56,598 nt of DNA, taken from positions 1 to 56,598 of IMG/VR virus record IMGVR_UViG_3300032334_000481; one strand, 5' to 3'. Shown here piece after piece: positions 40,468 to 50,370 of this stretch. How positions within the stretch are numbered: position 1 is the first letter of the stretch; each line of letters starts with the position of its first letter. The notes beneath the pieces are model-generated. The model worked only from the letters and a program-made list of their open reading frames with translations. It was not told the DNA's origin and ran no database searches. The DNA comes from a virus. Lineage: Duplodnaviria > Caudoviricetes. Both the position numbers and the translations under genes were made by a program.

Positions 40468-42507
40468 TTAGTTTTTATCTGGAATTTTGATTTCACAGTA
40501 ATCGGTGGTACAGTAGGCTTCGCCTTGTGCTTCCAGATTGCCCACTCCGTCATAGATAGCAGAGAAATCAATCTTTGCCAATCTACCAATATAGTAGTCA
40601 TACTCATCTTCTGTAATTTCTGTATATGGCTGTTGTGGATAAACATCATTACCCATTGATAGGAATGATACCGCCTTCAACTGACCCTCATACATATTTA
40701 GAACAGAAGTGATATGTTGTGTTTCCTTTTCCTTATCAAAAGACAAGGTTACAGAAACTCCGTTGTCAGACCAATACTTCTGGGCAGTAGCAGCAAGTGC
40801 TGTCTTCTCAAATAGAGTGACATCCTTTTCTGCTCTCTTATGTCCAGATGCAATTGGGAAATATACTACGGAAGTATTTGCTGATACAAGGTCTGCTTCA
40901 ATCTTATACCCTGCTGCTTTGAACAAGTGTAGCATTGGGTCTTGGTTGCTGAAGCGGATTGCTCTTAGATAGAACTTTCCACCTGGACCCCAGTGAACAC
41001 CAGGGGTAGCACCAGAAAGAATTGACACAGAACCAGATGGCTTAACTGTAGTTACACGAATTGATTCACGAACACATAGCCACTCTGAATACTTGTTGTC
41101 ATAGTAACGAATCTTGTTATATCCATCATCCATCCACTTACGCACAGTTGGAAGACCATGCTCATCAGCAAATGATGCGATACCAGTTAGAGATGTTCCG
41201 ATTCTACGGTTTCTCTGCATAATACCGTTGGTCTGTTGCCAGTGAGTAGGAAGAAGTGTTACAGTCTTTCCATATAGGTAGGCAAACTTAAGAGTACGCA
41301 AGAAGTCTTCTTTGCTATCGTGACGGTTTAGGTGAACTTCTACAAGTGTGCATAGTTCATATGATTCCAATGGTTGTTCTGCACATGGATTGAATCCCAT
41401 AACACGGAAATCCTTCCCATCTGGAGCATCAGCCAAACGACCATAGTTTCTAGCAACATCTAGCCAGATAAATCCTGGCTCTCCGTTATCTGCAATGCGG
41501 TCTACATACTTTGAGTAGTCCATACCAACGGTTGCTGATACAGAGTTATTTGACATCCAAGCCCATCCTGGATTCTCTGGGTCATATGAGTTACGCTCAG
41601 GGAATACTTCTGGATTCTTTAGGTTAAGGAAGTCATCGTCTCCTTCTGCTCCCAAAGCAAGGGTAGCAGAACGTCTAACGTTTCCAGATACTACACAAGT
41701 ACCAATAAGATTAACTAGGTCAACAATAGCACGAGCATCTAGTGTTTCTCCTACACGCTGTCCTAGCACATGACTAATTCTTTCATGTAGTTTGATTAGT
41801 GGTGCTGGTCCTGACGCTACCCCACCAAATCCCTTGATAGGTGCACCTTCTGGGCGAATTTCAGAATAGTCAAACTTCTGGATACTCTGACCTGCACGAA
41901 GATATGAGTTGATTAGCAAGCGAGTTGCTTCTACCCAACCTTCACGAGTATCTGGAATTACATAGGTAACTTCTGGTTCTGATGGTGCATAAATAACAAA
42001 GTTCTTGTCTTTTCCAAGGGTATCAAAGCCAACTCCAATACCAAGCATAAGAGCATCCATTACCCAAGCAAACAACTGACCTGGGTCATTCTTGTCTAGG
42101 TCTTTTGTAGATACCATAGCACAATTCTGCAAAGCAGCAGAGTTACGCTTTTCCATTGTAAGTGGTGTGCCAAACGTCCACATACCACGACCTGGAGGTG
42201 TCCACTTTAGCGTGAACATACGGTCAAATGCTTCTTGTGCTGACTTCTGTGCCTTATAGTCATTCCATGGGAGACGATTCTCCTTTGCATGGTTTTTCTG
42301 GACAGAATACATACCTTCAATAACTCTGCGTACAACTTCGTACCAGCGTTCTTTAGTTCCGTCATCTTTGACTCGTGAGTAAGTGCGAACGAAGGTAATT
42401 TCACCTAGTGCGTTGCCACCTGCATCCACGAATCCAAAGGGTGATTCCAATGATTTGTACTTTTCGACAAAATCTGTTGGGAGTGTAAAAGAGAAAAATT
42501 CTGACAT
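40468..42507 (-). CDS. nrdJ: Class II (adenosylcobalamin-dependent, monomeric RTPR-type) ribonucleotide reductase
   Basis: RTYSR, PPGRG, LQNC, GNVRRSA, FNPCAEQPL..ELCTL, TTVKPSG, C-terminal CTTDYC. Confidence 0.93.
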   Translation of the reverse strand: MSEFFSFTLPTDFVEKYKSLESPFGFVDAGGNALGEITFVRTYSRVKDDGTKERWYEVVRRVIEGMYSVQKNHAKENRLPWNDYKAQKSAQEAFDRMFTLKWTPPGRGMWTFGTPLTMEKRNSAALQNCAMVSTKDLDKNDPGQLFAWVMDALMLGIGVGFDTLGKDKNFVIYAPSEPEVTYVIPDTREGWVEATRLLINSYLRAGQSIQKFDYSEIRPEGAPIKGFGGVASGPAPLIKLHERISHVLGQRVGETLDARAIVDLVNLIGTCVVSGNVRRSATLALGAEGDDDFLNLKNPEVFPERNSYDPENPGWAWMSNNSVSATVGMDYSKYVDRIADNGEPGFIWLDVARNYGRLADAPDGKDFRVMGFNPCAEQPLESYELCTLVEVHLNRHDSKEDFLRTLKFAYLYGKTVTLLPTHWQQTNGIMQRNRRIGTSLTGIASFADEHGLPTVRKWMDDGYNKIRYYDNKYSEWLCVRESIRVTTVKPSGSVSILSGATPGVHWGPGGKFYLRAIRFSNQDPMLHLFKAAGYKIEADLVSANTSVVYFPIASGHKRAEKDVTLFEKTALAATAQKYWSDNGVSVTLSFDKEKETQHITSVLNMYEGQLKAVSFLSMGNDVYPQQPYTEITEDEYDYYIGRLAKIDFSAIYDGVGNLEAQGEAYCTTDYCEIKIPDKN

Positions 42508-42575
42508 AGTGTTTCCACCTTTCCATAACTGTGATGTATAAAGTATACCACAGTTTTAAGAAAAGTCAAACACTA

Positions 42576-43661
42576 CTAACTTATTCTATAGGTTACCCAG
42601 GTATTAGTACCAGTTCTTCTAGACCTAAATCTTGCAGAAGTACCGAAAGCGACTGCTCCGCTACCCACAATAGTATGTGCAGTTCCTGCTGTTACTGTGT
42701 TTGACCCTGATGCTCCAGTATTTATAAATGACCAATCAAAGCCCATGTCTGTATAAGTGTTTTGGACGTTAGTATCCATCAAAGTGCCTGTAGGCAATGG
42801 AAAGTTTCCTGTAGTAGCACTAGACACCACAATAAAAGTTTGAAGGTCTGTATAAGTAAGTGTTCTGGCAGTTGATATTGTTGTAGGCGGAGAGGGCTGC
42901 CAAAAAAAGTTTTTTCCATTTAGAAAAGTACGAGAAGCAACTACGTTTGTTCCGATTTGAACAGTTGGAGTAGTTGTTCCTGTACCAATGTTTATACTTG
43001 CTGTTGTTGAGGTTGTTCCAATTCTTACTAAAGTATTATTTGCTCCAGTAGCAATATTTAAAGTTGAATCACCATTAGTAACAAGATTCAATTGTTTAGA
43101 ATAAGCAGTTGAAGACTTATCCATAATATTTACAGTAGTAGCAGGAACTCCACCAGAAGTGTATCCAGTAGTGTCTGTCCATCCGATAGCAACGGTAGAT
43201 GTATTGGAATCACCAATAAAAATTCTTCCATTACTGCCAAAACCAGTATCGCCATTATAGGTTATTGAACCACCTTGTAAATAAATATTTCCAGAGTATG
43301 CACCATAACCTTCAGCGTTTCCAGATTTAAGGTATAAATTACCAGAAGTAGCAATATCAGGTAATTCAGGGTCAGAGGTTAAAGAAGTAATTGCTGTACC
43401 AGTAGCCATAGTAACGTTAGAACTTGTTACAGTTACAAAACCAGTAGCATTAGTGCCAGCAATACCTGTAACAGATGTTCCTGCACCAGTAAACCCAGAA
43501 CCACCACCAGAAACAGTAGTCCAAATAGGTGTTGCACCTGCACCTTGTGAAGTTAAAACTTGACCAGAAGTTCCTGCTGCTGTAGAAAGGGTAAGTTGAC
43601 CATCAATATTTATTTTAGATAATGCTGGTAACTGGATTCCAGATAATTGTTTTTTTGCCAT
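42576..43661 (-). CDS. Tail fibre-type protein
   Basis: G/T/S-rich; GTSGQVLTSQGAGATP fibre repeat; leaderless TGGTATAAT-N6-ATG places the start at 43661. Confidence 0.7.
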   Translation of the reverse strand: MAKKQLSGIQLPALSKINIDGQLTLSTAAGTSGQVLTSQGAGATPIWTTVSGGGSGFTGAGTSVTGIAGTNATGFVTVTSSNVTMATGTAITSLTSDPELPDIATSGNLYLKSGNAEGYGAYSGNIYLQGGSITYNGDTGFGSNGRIFIGDSNTSTVAIGWTDTTGYTSGGVPATTVNIMDKSSTAYSKQLNLVTNGDSTLNIATGANNTLVRIGTTSTTASINIGTGTTTPTVQIGTNVVASRTFLNGKNFFWQPSPPTTISTARTLTYTDLQTFIVVSSATTGNFPLPTGTLMDTNVQNTYTDMGFDWSFINTGASGSNTVTAGTAHTIVGSGAVAFGTSARFRSRRTGTNTWVTYRIS

Positions 43662-43678
43662 ATATAGATTATACCAGA

Positions 43679-45028
43679 CTATCCAATTAGGACAATACGG
43701 TAAGTTGCTGCAGAAACAGTTGTAGATGCATTCCAAGTAATAGTTACATCTCCAGTTGGGGCAGAAGAACCTGCAGTCTGGTCAACCTTAAAGTCTGCAT
43801 CAACCAATAGACCACTAGAAACCTCATACATTTGAACTAGAATTCCTGGGGTATTTCCAATCAAGTGTGTTGTTGCTGGAATAGACCATGTTGCAGTTCC
43901 AGATGATGGAGTAATAGATGCATTAGTTGCAGTATATTTTTTCAATCCAGTAACAGCGGCTACTGCTGTTGTTACGAATGCTGTAGTAGCAATTTGAGTT
44001 GTATTAGTTCCAGCAGTTGCTGTTGGAGCAGTTGGGGTACCAGTCAAAGCAGGTGATGCAAGAGGTGCGGCATCAGTAATTCCATAACCAGATAGCGTAG
44101 TTGGTGTGGAAGAAATCTTTGACCATGCAAGGCTTGTAATCCATGATGGGTTTGCATATGAACCACTTGTATAAACTCCATTTGTAACCGTTCCTGCGTT
44201 ACCTGAAACAGAACCAGTAATTGTATTAGTTACAGTTAGGTTTGCTAGTGTTCCAACGCTGGTAAGTGAAGAGTTTACTACACCAGAACCAAGAGTTGTT
44301 GCATTAAGAACAGTTGTTCCAGCAATTTTAAATACCTTGCCAGTTAGAAGGTTTAGGTCTTCTGATGATGTCCATGCACTAGTTGCATTAACCCAGTTAA
44401 AAGTTTTGTCAGTTGCACCCTTTAGAGTAATACCTCCACCATCAGCAGTTGTATTATCTGGTGATGTTACAGAACCAAGTTCAAGGTTTTTGTCATCAAC
44501 TGTAATGGTTGTTGAGTTAACTGTAGTTGTTGTTCCGTTAACAATTAGGTCTCCACCAACGGTAACGTTACCAGATGTTGTAAGACTTGTTAGGGTTCCA
44601 ACACTTGTCAAAGATGATGCTGTTACCCCTGAATTTAGGGTAGAACCAGTAAGAGTCCCTGCTGCTGCAGTAACGGTAATATTGGCAGAGCCATCGAAGG
44701 AAGTTCCGTTAATTGTTCTAGCAGTCTGAAGGGTGGTTGCGGTAGATGCGTTACCTGTAAGGGCACCTACAAAAGTTGTTGAGGTTACTGAAGTAAGACC
44801 TGCGATTGTTGTTGCAGATGAACCAATGGTGATAGCAGTGCTACCAACTGTAACTGTATCAGCGGTGGTGGCTACGTTGAGGGTAGCAGAACCATTACCA
44901 AATACTAGTCTACCACCTGAGTAATATAAAGCACCTGCAGTTGTTCCTGCACCATGTGTGCTATTTAGCACTGGGTTCAACAATAGATTGCTATTTAAAT
45001 CTATGTTGGTTAAAAACTTTCTTGACAT
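43679..45028 (-). CDS. Tail fibre protein
   Basis: LQTARTING, PTTLSGYGITDA and APLASPALTGTPTAPT...TQIATTAFV fibre repeats. Confidence 0.85.
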   Translation of the reverse strand: MSRKFLTNIDLNSNLLLNPVLNSTHGAGTTAGALYYSGGRLVFGNGSATLNVATTADTVTVGSTAITIGSSATTIAGLTSVTSTTFVGALTGNASTATTLQTARTINGTSFDGSANITVTAAAGTLTGSTLNSGVTASSLTSVGTLTSLTTSGNVTVGGDLIVNGTTTTVNSTTITVDDKNLELGSVTSPDNTTADGGGITLKGATDKTFNWVNATSAWTSSEDLNLLTGKVFKIAGTTVLNATTLGSGVVNSSLTSVGTLANLTVTNTITGSVSGNAGTVTNGVYTSGSYANPSWITSLAWSKISSTPTTLSGYGITDAAPLASPALTGTPTAPTATAGTNTTQIATTAFVTTAVAAVTGLKKYTATNASITPSSGTATWSIPATTHLIGNTPGILVQMYEVSSGLLVDADFKVDQTAGSSAPTGDVTITWNASTTVSAATYRIVLIG

Positions 45029-45042
45029 TTCTTATTCTCCTT

Positions 45043-45402
45043 CTAAGACAAGTACGCATATCCTATGTAAGGTGATGAAAGTGTCACAGTAATTTGGTTG
45101 TTACTGATATATGCAATATCGCCTTCTAGTATATTACCATTATAATCTGTTATTACAACATTTGGCTTAAAAGATAGGTTATGTGTAATAGTCCATACGG
45201 AAAGACTTGCATTTTGTGTATGGGTGTAAGAAATGGTTTGGGGGTCAACTTTTGTGTATCCAAGATTGTTCCAAGTGGTAGTACCGTCACCAATTTTAAT
45301 TTTATTGGTATCAGTTTCTACCCCAATTTCACCAGCAAGCAGAACAGGGTTTGTGGAAGTCCAACGACTTGCAGTTCCCCTCTTCTGTTGCATGGTTGGC
45401 AT
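45043..45402 (-). CDS. Small fibre-associated protein with Mtd-N/hyaluronidase-N-like domain
   Basis: QQKRGTASRWTSTNPVLLAGEIGVETDT..KIGDG..W..L motif; WTITHNL C-terminal domain. Confidence 0.8.
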   Translation of the reverse strand: MPTMQQKRGTASRWTSTNPVLLAGEIGVETDTNKIKIGDGTTTWNNLGYTKVDPQTISYTHTQNASLSVWTITHNLSFKPNVVITDYNGNILEGDIAYISNNQITVTLSSPYIGYAYLS

Positions 45403-45403
45403 G

Positions 45404-45649
45404 TTACTCTGACACCTCTGTGCTTGCTAGAGAGTCTAGTTCCTGCTTGTAAACAGAAATCATCTGTTCTAGCAAATCTAGATTTTTATTAATCTCTGTT
45501 TGTGCTTGCTCATTTGGCTCTTCCTGTGCGTTAATTACGTTCAGGTTAAGGCTCAACTGGTAAGCCTCTACTGCTAGTTGCTGGATTCTTTGTGTCACTA
45601 CCGAAGTTCTTTCGTCAACGGTAAGTAATGAATTAAAATCAATAGACAT
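45404..45649 (-). CDS. Small acidic coiled-coil protein
   Basis: 81 aa, SD GAAAGGTGG, heptad pattern. Confidence 0.65.
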   Translation of the reverse strand: MSIDFNSLLTVDERTSVVTQRIQQLAVEAYQLSLNLNVINAQEEPNEQAQTEINKNLDLLEQMISVYKQELDSLASTEVSE

Positions 45650-45777
45650 TGATTAACCACCTTTCAAGTGTTGTATTTTTTAATTATAGCATATGATAGT
45701 GACTTTTAGGTTAATTCGTGGTATAATTTATATACGACACCCTTCAAAAAGGTGTTTTTCCATTAAAGGAGGAAAAT

Positions 45778-46323
45778 ATGAATAATTTAAAAATCAAAAG
45801 ATTACTCGCTACAGGAATTTTAAGTTTGACTCTGACTGGTTGCGTTACCCCTCAAGCCAGTGCTGCTGAAATGCCTAATAACAATGTTGTTACAAAGCAA
45901 CATGATTTCACAAATGATTTAGTTCACAATGCTAAATTAAATAAGAATACCGATAGGATGAAAGAAACCCTGATGAAAATATTTCATCGTATAAACAAGA
46001 CTCCATATGTTTTTTCTGGTTCTAGCATATATGGCTGGGATTGTTCTGGAATGGTTGTTTGGACATATAAACAATTTGGGATTGAACTTCCACATTCCGC
46101 CAACAAACAAGCACATGTGGGCAAGAGAGTTTCTAATCCAAAACTAGGAGACATTGTTGTATTTGCTTATAATGGTTCTACTAATTTCTACCACTCTGGT
46201 ATTTATATTGGCAAGGGTAAAATAGTAAACTCTAATAGTTACTATGGAACTACAGTCATTGAATATCTATCTGATTATAGTAATAGTCAAATAAGATTTG
46301 TAAGAATTGTTCCTACTATTTAG
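45778..46323 (+). CDS. NlpC/P60 cell-wall peptidase with a signal peptide/lipobox
   Basis: PYVFSG...WDCSG (catalytic Cys), GDIVVF, HSGIYIG; N-terminal KIKR + hydrophobic stretch + LTGC; SD AAGGAGG. Confidence 0.9.
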   Translation: MNNLKIKRLLATGILSLTLTGCVTPQASAAEMPNNNVVTKQHDFTNDLVHNAKLNKNTDRMKETLMKIFHRINKTPYVFSGSSIYGWDCSGMVVWTYKQFGIELPHSANKQAHVGKRVSNPKLGDIVVFAYNGSTNFYHSGIYIGKGKIVNSNSYYGTTVIEYLSDYSNSQIRFVRIVPTI

Positions 46324-46325
46324 AA

Positions 46326-48029
46326 TTATGCTCCAGCCATTACATACCAGTTAGTTCCATCAGCAACTAGAGTTGCAAACGAGCCTACAGTTGCGGAACA
46401 TATTAATGTTCCAAGTGATTGTGTTCCAGTTCTAGGCATTACTACTGATGCTGATGCTACAACCTGAAATGATGCTGATTTGTTTACAAAATTAAGAGTC
46501 CTACCAGCAGTTGCTGTTGGTAGAGTAACTGTTACAGTTGCTGATGAACCTGTAATATTATAATTTTTTTCACCAGCGGCAACAGTAAATGATGCTGATT
46601 TTTGTATTACAGAGTCACCAGAGTTAATAACTGTTCCGTTGATTGTAGTAGAACCTGTGCTTGTTCCAATATTAATTGTTTTTGTGCCTACTGCTGTTGC
46701 AGCAATATTAACAGTACCAGATGTTACGCTACCAAACATGTTTACTGTTGCTGTTGTTAGGTTTGTGTTAAATAAAGCCAATGTTCCAGTAGTAACGCTG
46801 GTTGCAATAATTGGATTGTTTATTGTGAGTGTTCCAGCAGATGTTGAACCAAGTGTTAGTGATGTTGCAGCGGCAAAACCAGTAATTGTTGCAGGAGTAG
46901 CAAATAACGCAAGAGTGGCTGCGTTACCATTTATTGCTGGAGCATTTAAGTTTAAGGTAGTTCCTGCCTGAACTGTTGATGTTCCAGCAGTTGTAGAACC
47001 AATCGTAAGTGCTGTTGCTGCACGACCAATATTTAAAGTAGTAGAAACTGTATCAAAAACATCCATAGATGAAGAGCCAATTACAGATGTTGCAAAAGTT
47101 GGCGATGTAGCCATAACATTTGCTCCAGTGCCAGTATATGTACTAAAGTCTGTTAGACCTGCTTCCCAAGCAGTGTTATCAGAAATACTTGTGCTAATAC
47201 ATGTAACCATTGCAGTTGTTCCTGGAATCACTGTTATGACTAAAGCGACAGCAGCAGAGGCATTAACTGTAATATTTGCACTTGAATTATTTACAATACG
47301 AAAAGTCCAGCCTTGAGCCAATGTACTTGTTGCTGGAAGTGTAACTGTTTGTGCTGTGCTTCCTGTAAATTGCTGATAATAAGAACTTGTATTTGTCAAA
47401 ACTACTGGTGTTCCAGATGTTGCGGTTGAGGTATATCCCATCAGATGTGTCATCGTTCTATTTGGATTGTTTACTGAAAGAACTCCATTAAGTGTTGTTG
47501 TTCCGCTAGTATTTCCAAGAGCAAGGGTTGACGAAGCGTTGGCACCAAGAACTAGGTCAGCACCAGTTCCAGAAGCAATATTAACATTATTGATTTTAAG
47601 TGTCTTACCAGTTGCAAGATTCCAGTTTTCAGATGTAGTCCAGTTAGCGTTTGTATTGTCCCAAAGAATGGTTTTGTTTGTTGTACCAAAAAGACTTACA
47701 CCTCCACCATCGGCAGTAGTATTTGTTGGAGAAGCAACTGCACCTAATTCAATTAATTTGTCATCAATTGTTATGGTTGTTGAATTAATTGTGGTTGTTC
47801 CGCCATTAACTGTAAGTGTTCCAGAAATTGTTACGTTACCTGATAAAGTTGGGTTTCCAGTATAAAGAGTATATAGGGCACCATAAATACCAGTGGTTTG
47901 GCTTAGTGTTGCATTTGTTGTTCCATAATATAACTGCTTAAGAGCAGTTTGAATATTTGCGGTATCCGCTAAGTCTGGAATAAATGTGGCAAGCGTTGTG
48001 CCTGTACCTGTACCAATTTGAGTAGCCAT
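46326..48029 (-). CDS. Tail fibre-type protein
   Basis: T/A/G-rich; shares the NSTTITxDDK..ELG..TADGGG..W segment with 43679-45028; VTLPTATAGR...DGTNWYV C-terminus. Confidence 0.8.
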   Translation of the reverse strand: MATQIGTGTGTTLATFIPDLADTANIQTALKQLYYGTTNATLSQTTGIYGALYTLYTGNPTLSGNVTISGTLTVNGGTTTINSTTITIDDKLIELGAVASPTNTTADGGGVSLFGTTNKTILWDNTNANWTTSENWNLATGKTLKINNVNIASGTGADLVLGANASSTLALGNTSGTTTLNGVLSVNNPNRTMTHLMGYTSTATSGTPVVLTNTSSYYQQFTGSTAQTVTLPATSTLAQGWTFRIVNNSSANITVNASAAVALVITVIPGTTAMVTCISTSISDNTAWEAGLTDFSTYTGTGANVMATSPTFATSVIGSSSMDVFDTVSTTLNIGRAATALTIGSTTAGTSTVQAGTTLNLNAPAINGNAATLALFATPATITGFAAATSLTLGSTSAGTLTINNPIIATSVTTGTLALFNTNLTTATVNMFGSVTSGTVNIAATAVGTKTINIGTSTGSTTINGTVINSGDSVIQKSASFTVAAGEKNYNITGSSATVTVTLPTATAGRTLNFVNKSASFQVVASASVVMPRTGTQSLGTLICSATVGSFATLVADGTNWYVMAGA

Positions 48030-48048
48030 ACGTTAATTATAGCACAAC

Positions 48049-49083
48049 TTAGTCTTTAAATAGGTCAAAACTAGATGATGTCATGGAATTAACATTTAAA
48101 TTAAGTTGGTTTTTTCTATTTTTAAATTTCAAGTTATGGTTACAGACATATAGCATATTTTTGGCAAGGTATCCCCAAACATATTCCTTATATTCATAAT
48201 CTAACATTCTTGTTGTAATAGCAATAGCCTTTTCACAATACTTTTTAGATTTTCTATATTTCTTTTTTATAAAAGAAACCATAGCAATATCAACTAAGAA
48301 TTCTCGTTCTAATGGTTGAAGTTTGTGAGCCTTATATAAATATTTCTTGTTTAATGTACAAATAAATAAATTCTTGTATTGTCTTGCTTTCTCCATTGGG
48401 TGCAAATCATCTTTAAACTTATTTAAAAATTCAAAAATTACATGGTTAGCCTGTTCTTTATTTTCTGCCATCGAAACTGCTATTTTATAAATCCAATATC
48501 TTTTATTATCTTTTTCTTCTTCAAAGGCATCTAAAATCATGTTTGAATATCTGTTTGTATTTTCGTGTTGATTTGAATAGTGATAAATCTGAAACTTTTC
48601 TAGCAAACCTTCTTTGTGGTTTTCATTTCTATCTGGAAACACTAACTCGTGAACAATATACTTCCATCTATATCCATGTCTTGCATGTACTTTATTGAGT
48701 AGATATTCGACCTGCGGTTGTGTTCTAGATTGGGGGTCTCTCCAAGACCACACATACCTATATTGTAGTTGAGTAAAACTTGGGTCAATAGATTCTAGGT
48801 CTTCTCGCCAACCTTTTGACAATCTTTCATCCATATCAAGAGATACACACATGTCAATATCATCTGGTAGCAAGGCAAGAGCAGCATTACGAGCATCATC
48901 AAAACGCCAAGGCTTAATAGAGATATCGACTACCTTAATACCAAGTTTTTTAGCAATACGTTTAGTCTTGTCTGTTGAACCTGTATCAGCAATCAACAGG
49001 TAGTCTGCATCTTTAGCAGAATCATACCATTCCTGTACATTTGTTTCTTCGTTAAGTGCGATTGTGTATACCGCAATTTTCAT
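48049..49083 (-). CDS. Glycosyltransferase family 2 with helical (TPR-like) C-terminus
   Basis: IALNEE, IADTGSTD, FDDARNAAL, SLDMDE (DxD), VHE. Confidence 0.88.
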   Translation of the reverse strand: MKIAVYTIALNEETNVQEWYDSAKDADYLLIADTGSTDKTKRIAKKLGIKVVDISIKPWRFDDARNAALALLPDDIDMCVSLDMDERLSKGWREDLESIDPSFTQLQYRYVWSWRDPQSRTQPQVEYLLNKVHARHGYRWKYIVHELVFPDRNENHKEGLLEKFQIYHYSNQHENTNRYSNMILDAFEEEKDNKRYWIYKIAVSMAENKEQANHVIFEFLNKFKDDLHPMEKARQYKNLFICTLNKKYLYKAHKLQPLEREFLVDIAMVSFIKKKYRKSKKYCEKAIAITTRMLDYEYKEYVWGYLAKNMLYVCNHNLKFKNRKNQLNLNVNSMTSSSFDLFKD

Positions 49084-49120
49084 ACCTAAATCCTTTGTTC
49101 GATATCTATTATAGCATTAG

Positions 49121-49585
49121 TTAGGAGACTGCAATTTCATAAAAACCAGACATGTCAAAATGTGTGGTGCTGTGTGCCCAAGATACTGGAGTATTGTATT
49201 TCCAGGCTAGGTCTGTTGTGCTACCCGAATAGTAAAGTTTCGCTTTGGCATTTGGACCATCAGCATCAATATCTACAATTGCTGCAATGTGATATCTAGA
49301 ATCAGTATTTGGATTATGTAGCGTTCCTCCACGAGCAGTAAATGTTTGCTTTGGCGGAAATGGTAGATTAAACTGATACTGACCAGTTCCTAAATTTGTA
49401 TATCCAGCAAAAGAAATATTCACACAAAAGAAAACCATGTTTCCAATTCTATTATAGTTTCCAGAGGCGGTTACGCCAGCAAAAGTACCAGTTGCGTCAG
49501 TAAACACTGGACTCCAAGTTCCATTCGTAGATGCAGGAGCACCCTGTGGTCCAGGCATTGCTACTAGTTTAATAACTGTTGCCAT
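49121..49585 (-). CDS. Putative fibre/receptor-binding head domain protein
   Basis: GTWSPV...GNYNRIGNMVF...NLPF pattern common at tail fibre C-termini. Confidence 0.6.
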   Translation of the reverse strand: MATVIKLVAMPGPQGAPASTNGTWSPVFTDATGTFAGVTASGNYNRIGNMVFFCVNISFAGYTNLGTGQYQFNLPFPPKQTFTARGGTLHNPNTDSRYHIAAIVDIDADGPNAKAKLYYSGSTTDLAWKYNTPVSWAHSTTHFDMSGFYEIAVS

Positions 49586-49619
49586 TACAAATCAACTCTT
49601 TTCATAAAACTATTATACA

Positions 49620-49916
49620 TTAAATAACTCCACCATCTACTTTTTCTAGAACAAGAGTGTTTGTGTTTTGGTCATAGGCTAGACCGCCACCTACGTTAAG
49701 ATTTCCTAAAGCCCCTGCTGGTCCCTGAATTCCCTGAATTCCCTGAATACCTTGGATACCCTGTATGCCCTGGTCACCCTTGTCGCCTTTTGCTCCAGGC
49801 ATTGGAATAAGTTTGACTGTAGGAGTAAATCCTTGATTAATAATTTTAACAATAACATCATTAGTATTATTAGGAACAACCTGTCCTAGAATTGCTGGTG
49901 AGTAGTAGGTTGGCAT
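49620..49916 (-). CDS. Collagen-like repeat protein
   Basis: GAKGDKGDQ(GIQ)5GPA Gly-X-Y run. Confidence 0.8.
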   Translation of the reverse strand: MPTYYSPAILGQVVPNNTNDVIVKIINQGFTPTVKLIPMPGAKGDKGDQGIQGIQGIQGIQGIQGPAGALGNLNVGGGLAYDQNTNTLVLEKVDGGVI

Positions 49917-50296
49917 TATGCGTTAACACTCACATCAGCAAGAACGGTTATTTTACCGATAACTGGTGTCCAGATTTCAGAATTAATGGTTACTTGTAGG
50001 TCAAAGGACATTTCTGTTACAACGTTTGCTTGTCCAGTACCCCATGTTTTTGTAAGTGTTGCAGGTGCAGTAATATCAACATATCCAGTACCAGCAGTGA
50101 CTGTTAGTGTATCAAAACCACCATCTTTTAGGTCATAAGCAGAACTTGTAAAAGTCCACGTTGAGATATCGTAATAGGTTGCACCGTCTGTTTGGTAAAA
50201 TTCAACACGGATTCGGGCGGTATCACCACGAACGACCTTCCATTGCACGAATGCTGGGTCTGCTCCAAAATTATCAGGGATATCGTAATTAGTCAT
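49916..50296 (-). CDS. Putative virion protein (BppU-N-like Ig fold)
   Basis: VVRGDT...FDLQVT...GKITVLADV pattern; TATAAT-N6-ATG suggests a leaderless start at 50296. Confidence 0.55.
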   Translation of the reverse strand: MTNYDIPDNFGADPAFVQWKVVRGDTARIRVEFYQTDGATYYDISTWTFTSSAYDLKDGGFDTLTVTAGTGYVDITAPATLTKTWGTGQANVVTEMSFDLQVTINSEIWTPVIGKITVLADVSVNA

Positions 50297-50320
50297 AAGA
50301 TTATTATACACTATAAATAA

Positions 50321-50370
50321 AGAACCAGTGCCTGAAGTGGGTATGAGAGAGAGTATCAGACACTGGCTCT
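50321..50370 (-). ncRNA. Candidate ~50-60 nt hairpin small RNA
   Basis: 15-bp stem AGAGCCAGTGTCTGA/TCAGGCACTGGTTCT with a 20-nt C/U-rich loop, just downstream of TGGTATAAT (about 50378-50386); no ORF. Confidence 0.45.

Noticed and set aside
2-42507. Inteins or introns in DnaE, DnaB or RNR
   Set aside because: Lengths and motif spacing look normal; no intein splice motifs or homing endonuclease ORFs were seen.
45043-45402. Diversity-generating retroelement suggested by the Mtd-N-like domain
   Set aside because: No reverse transcriptase and no TR/VR pair differing at adenines was seen in this window.
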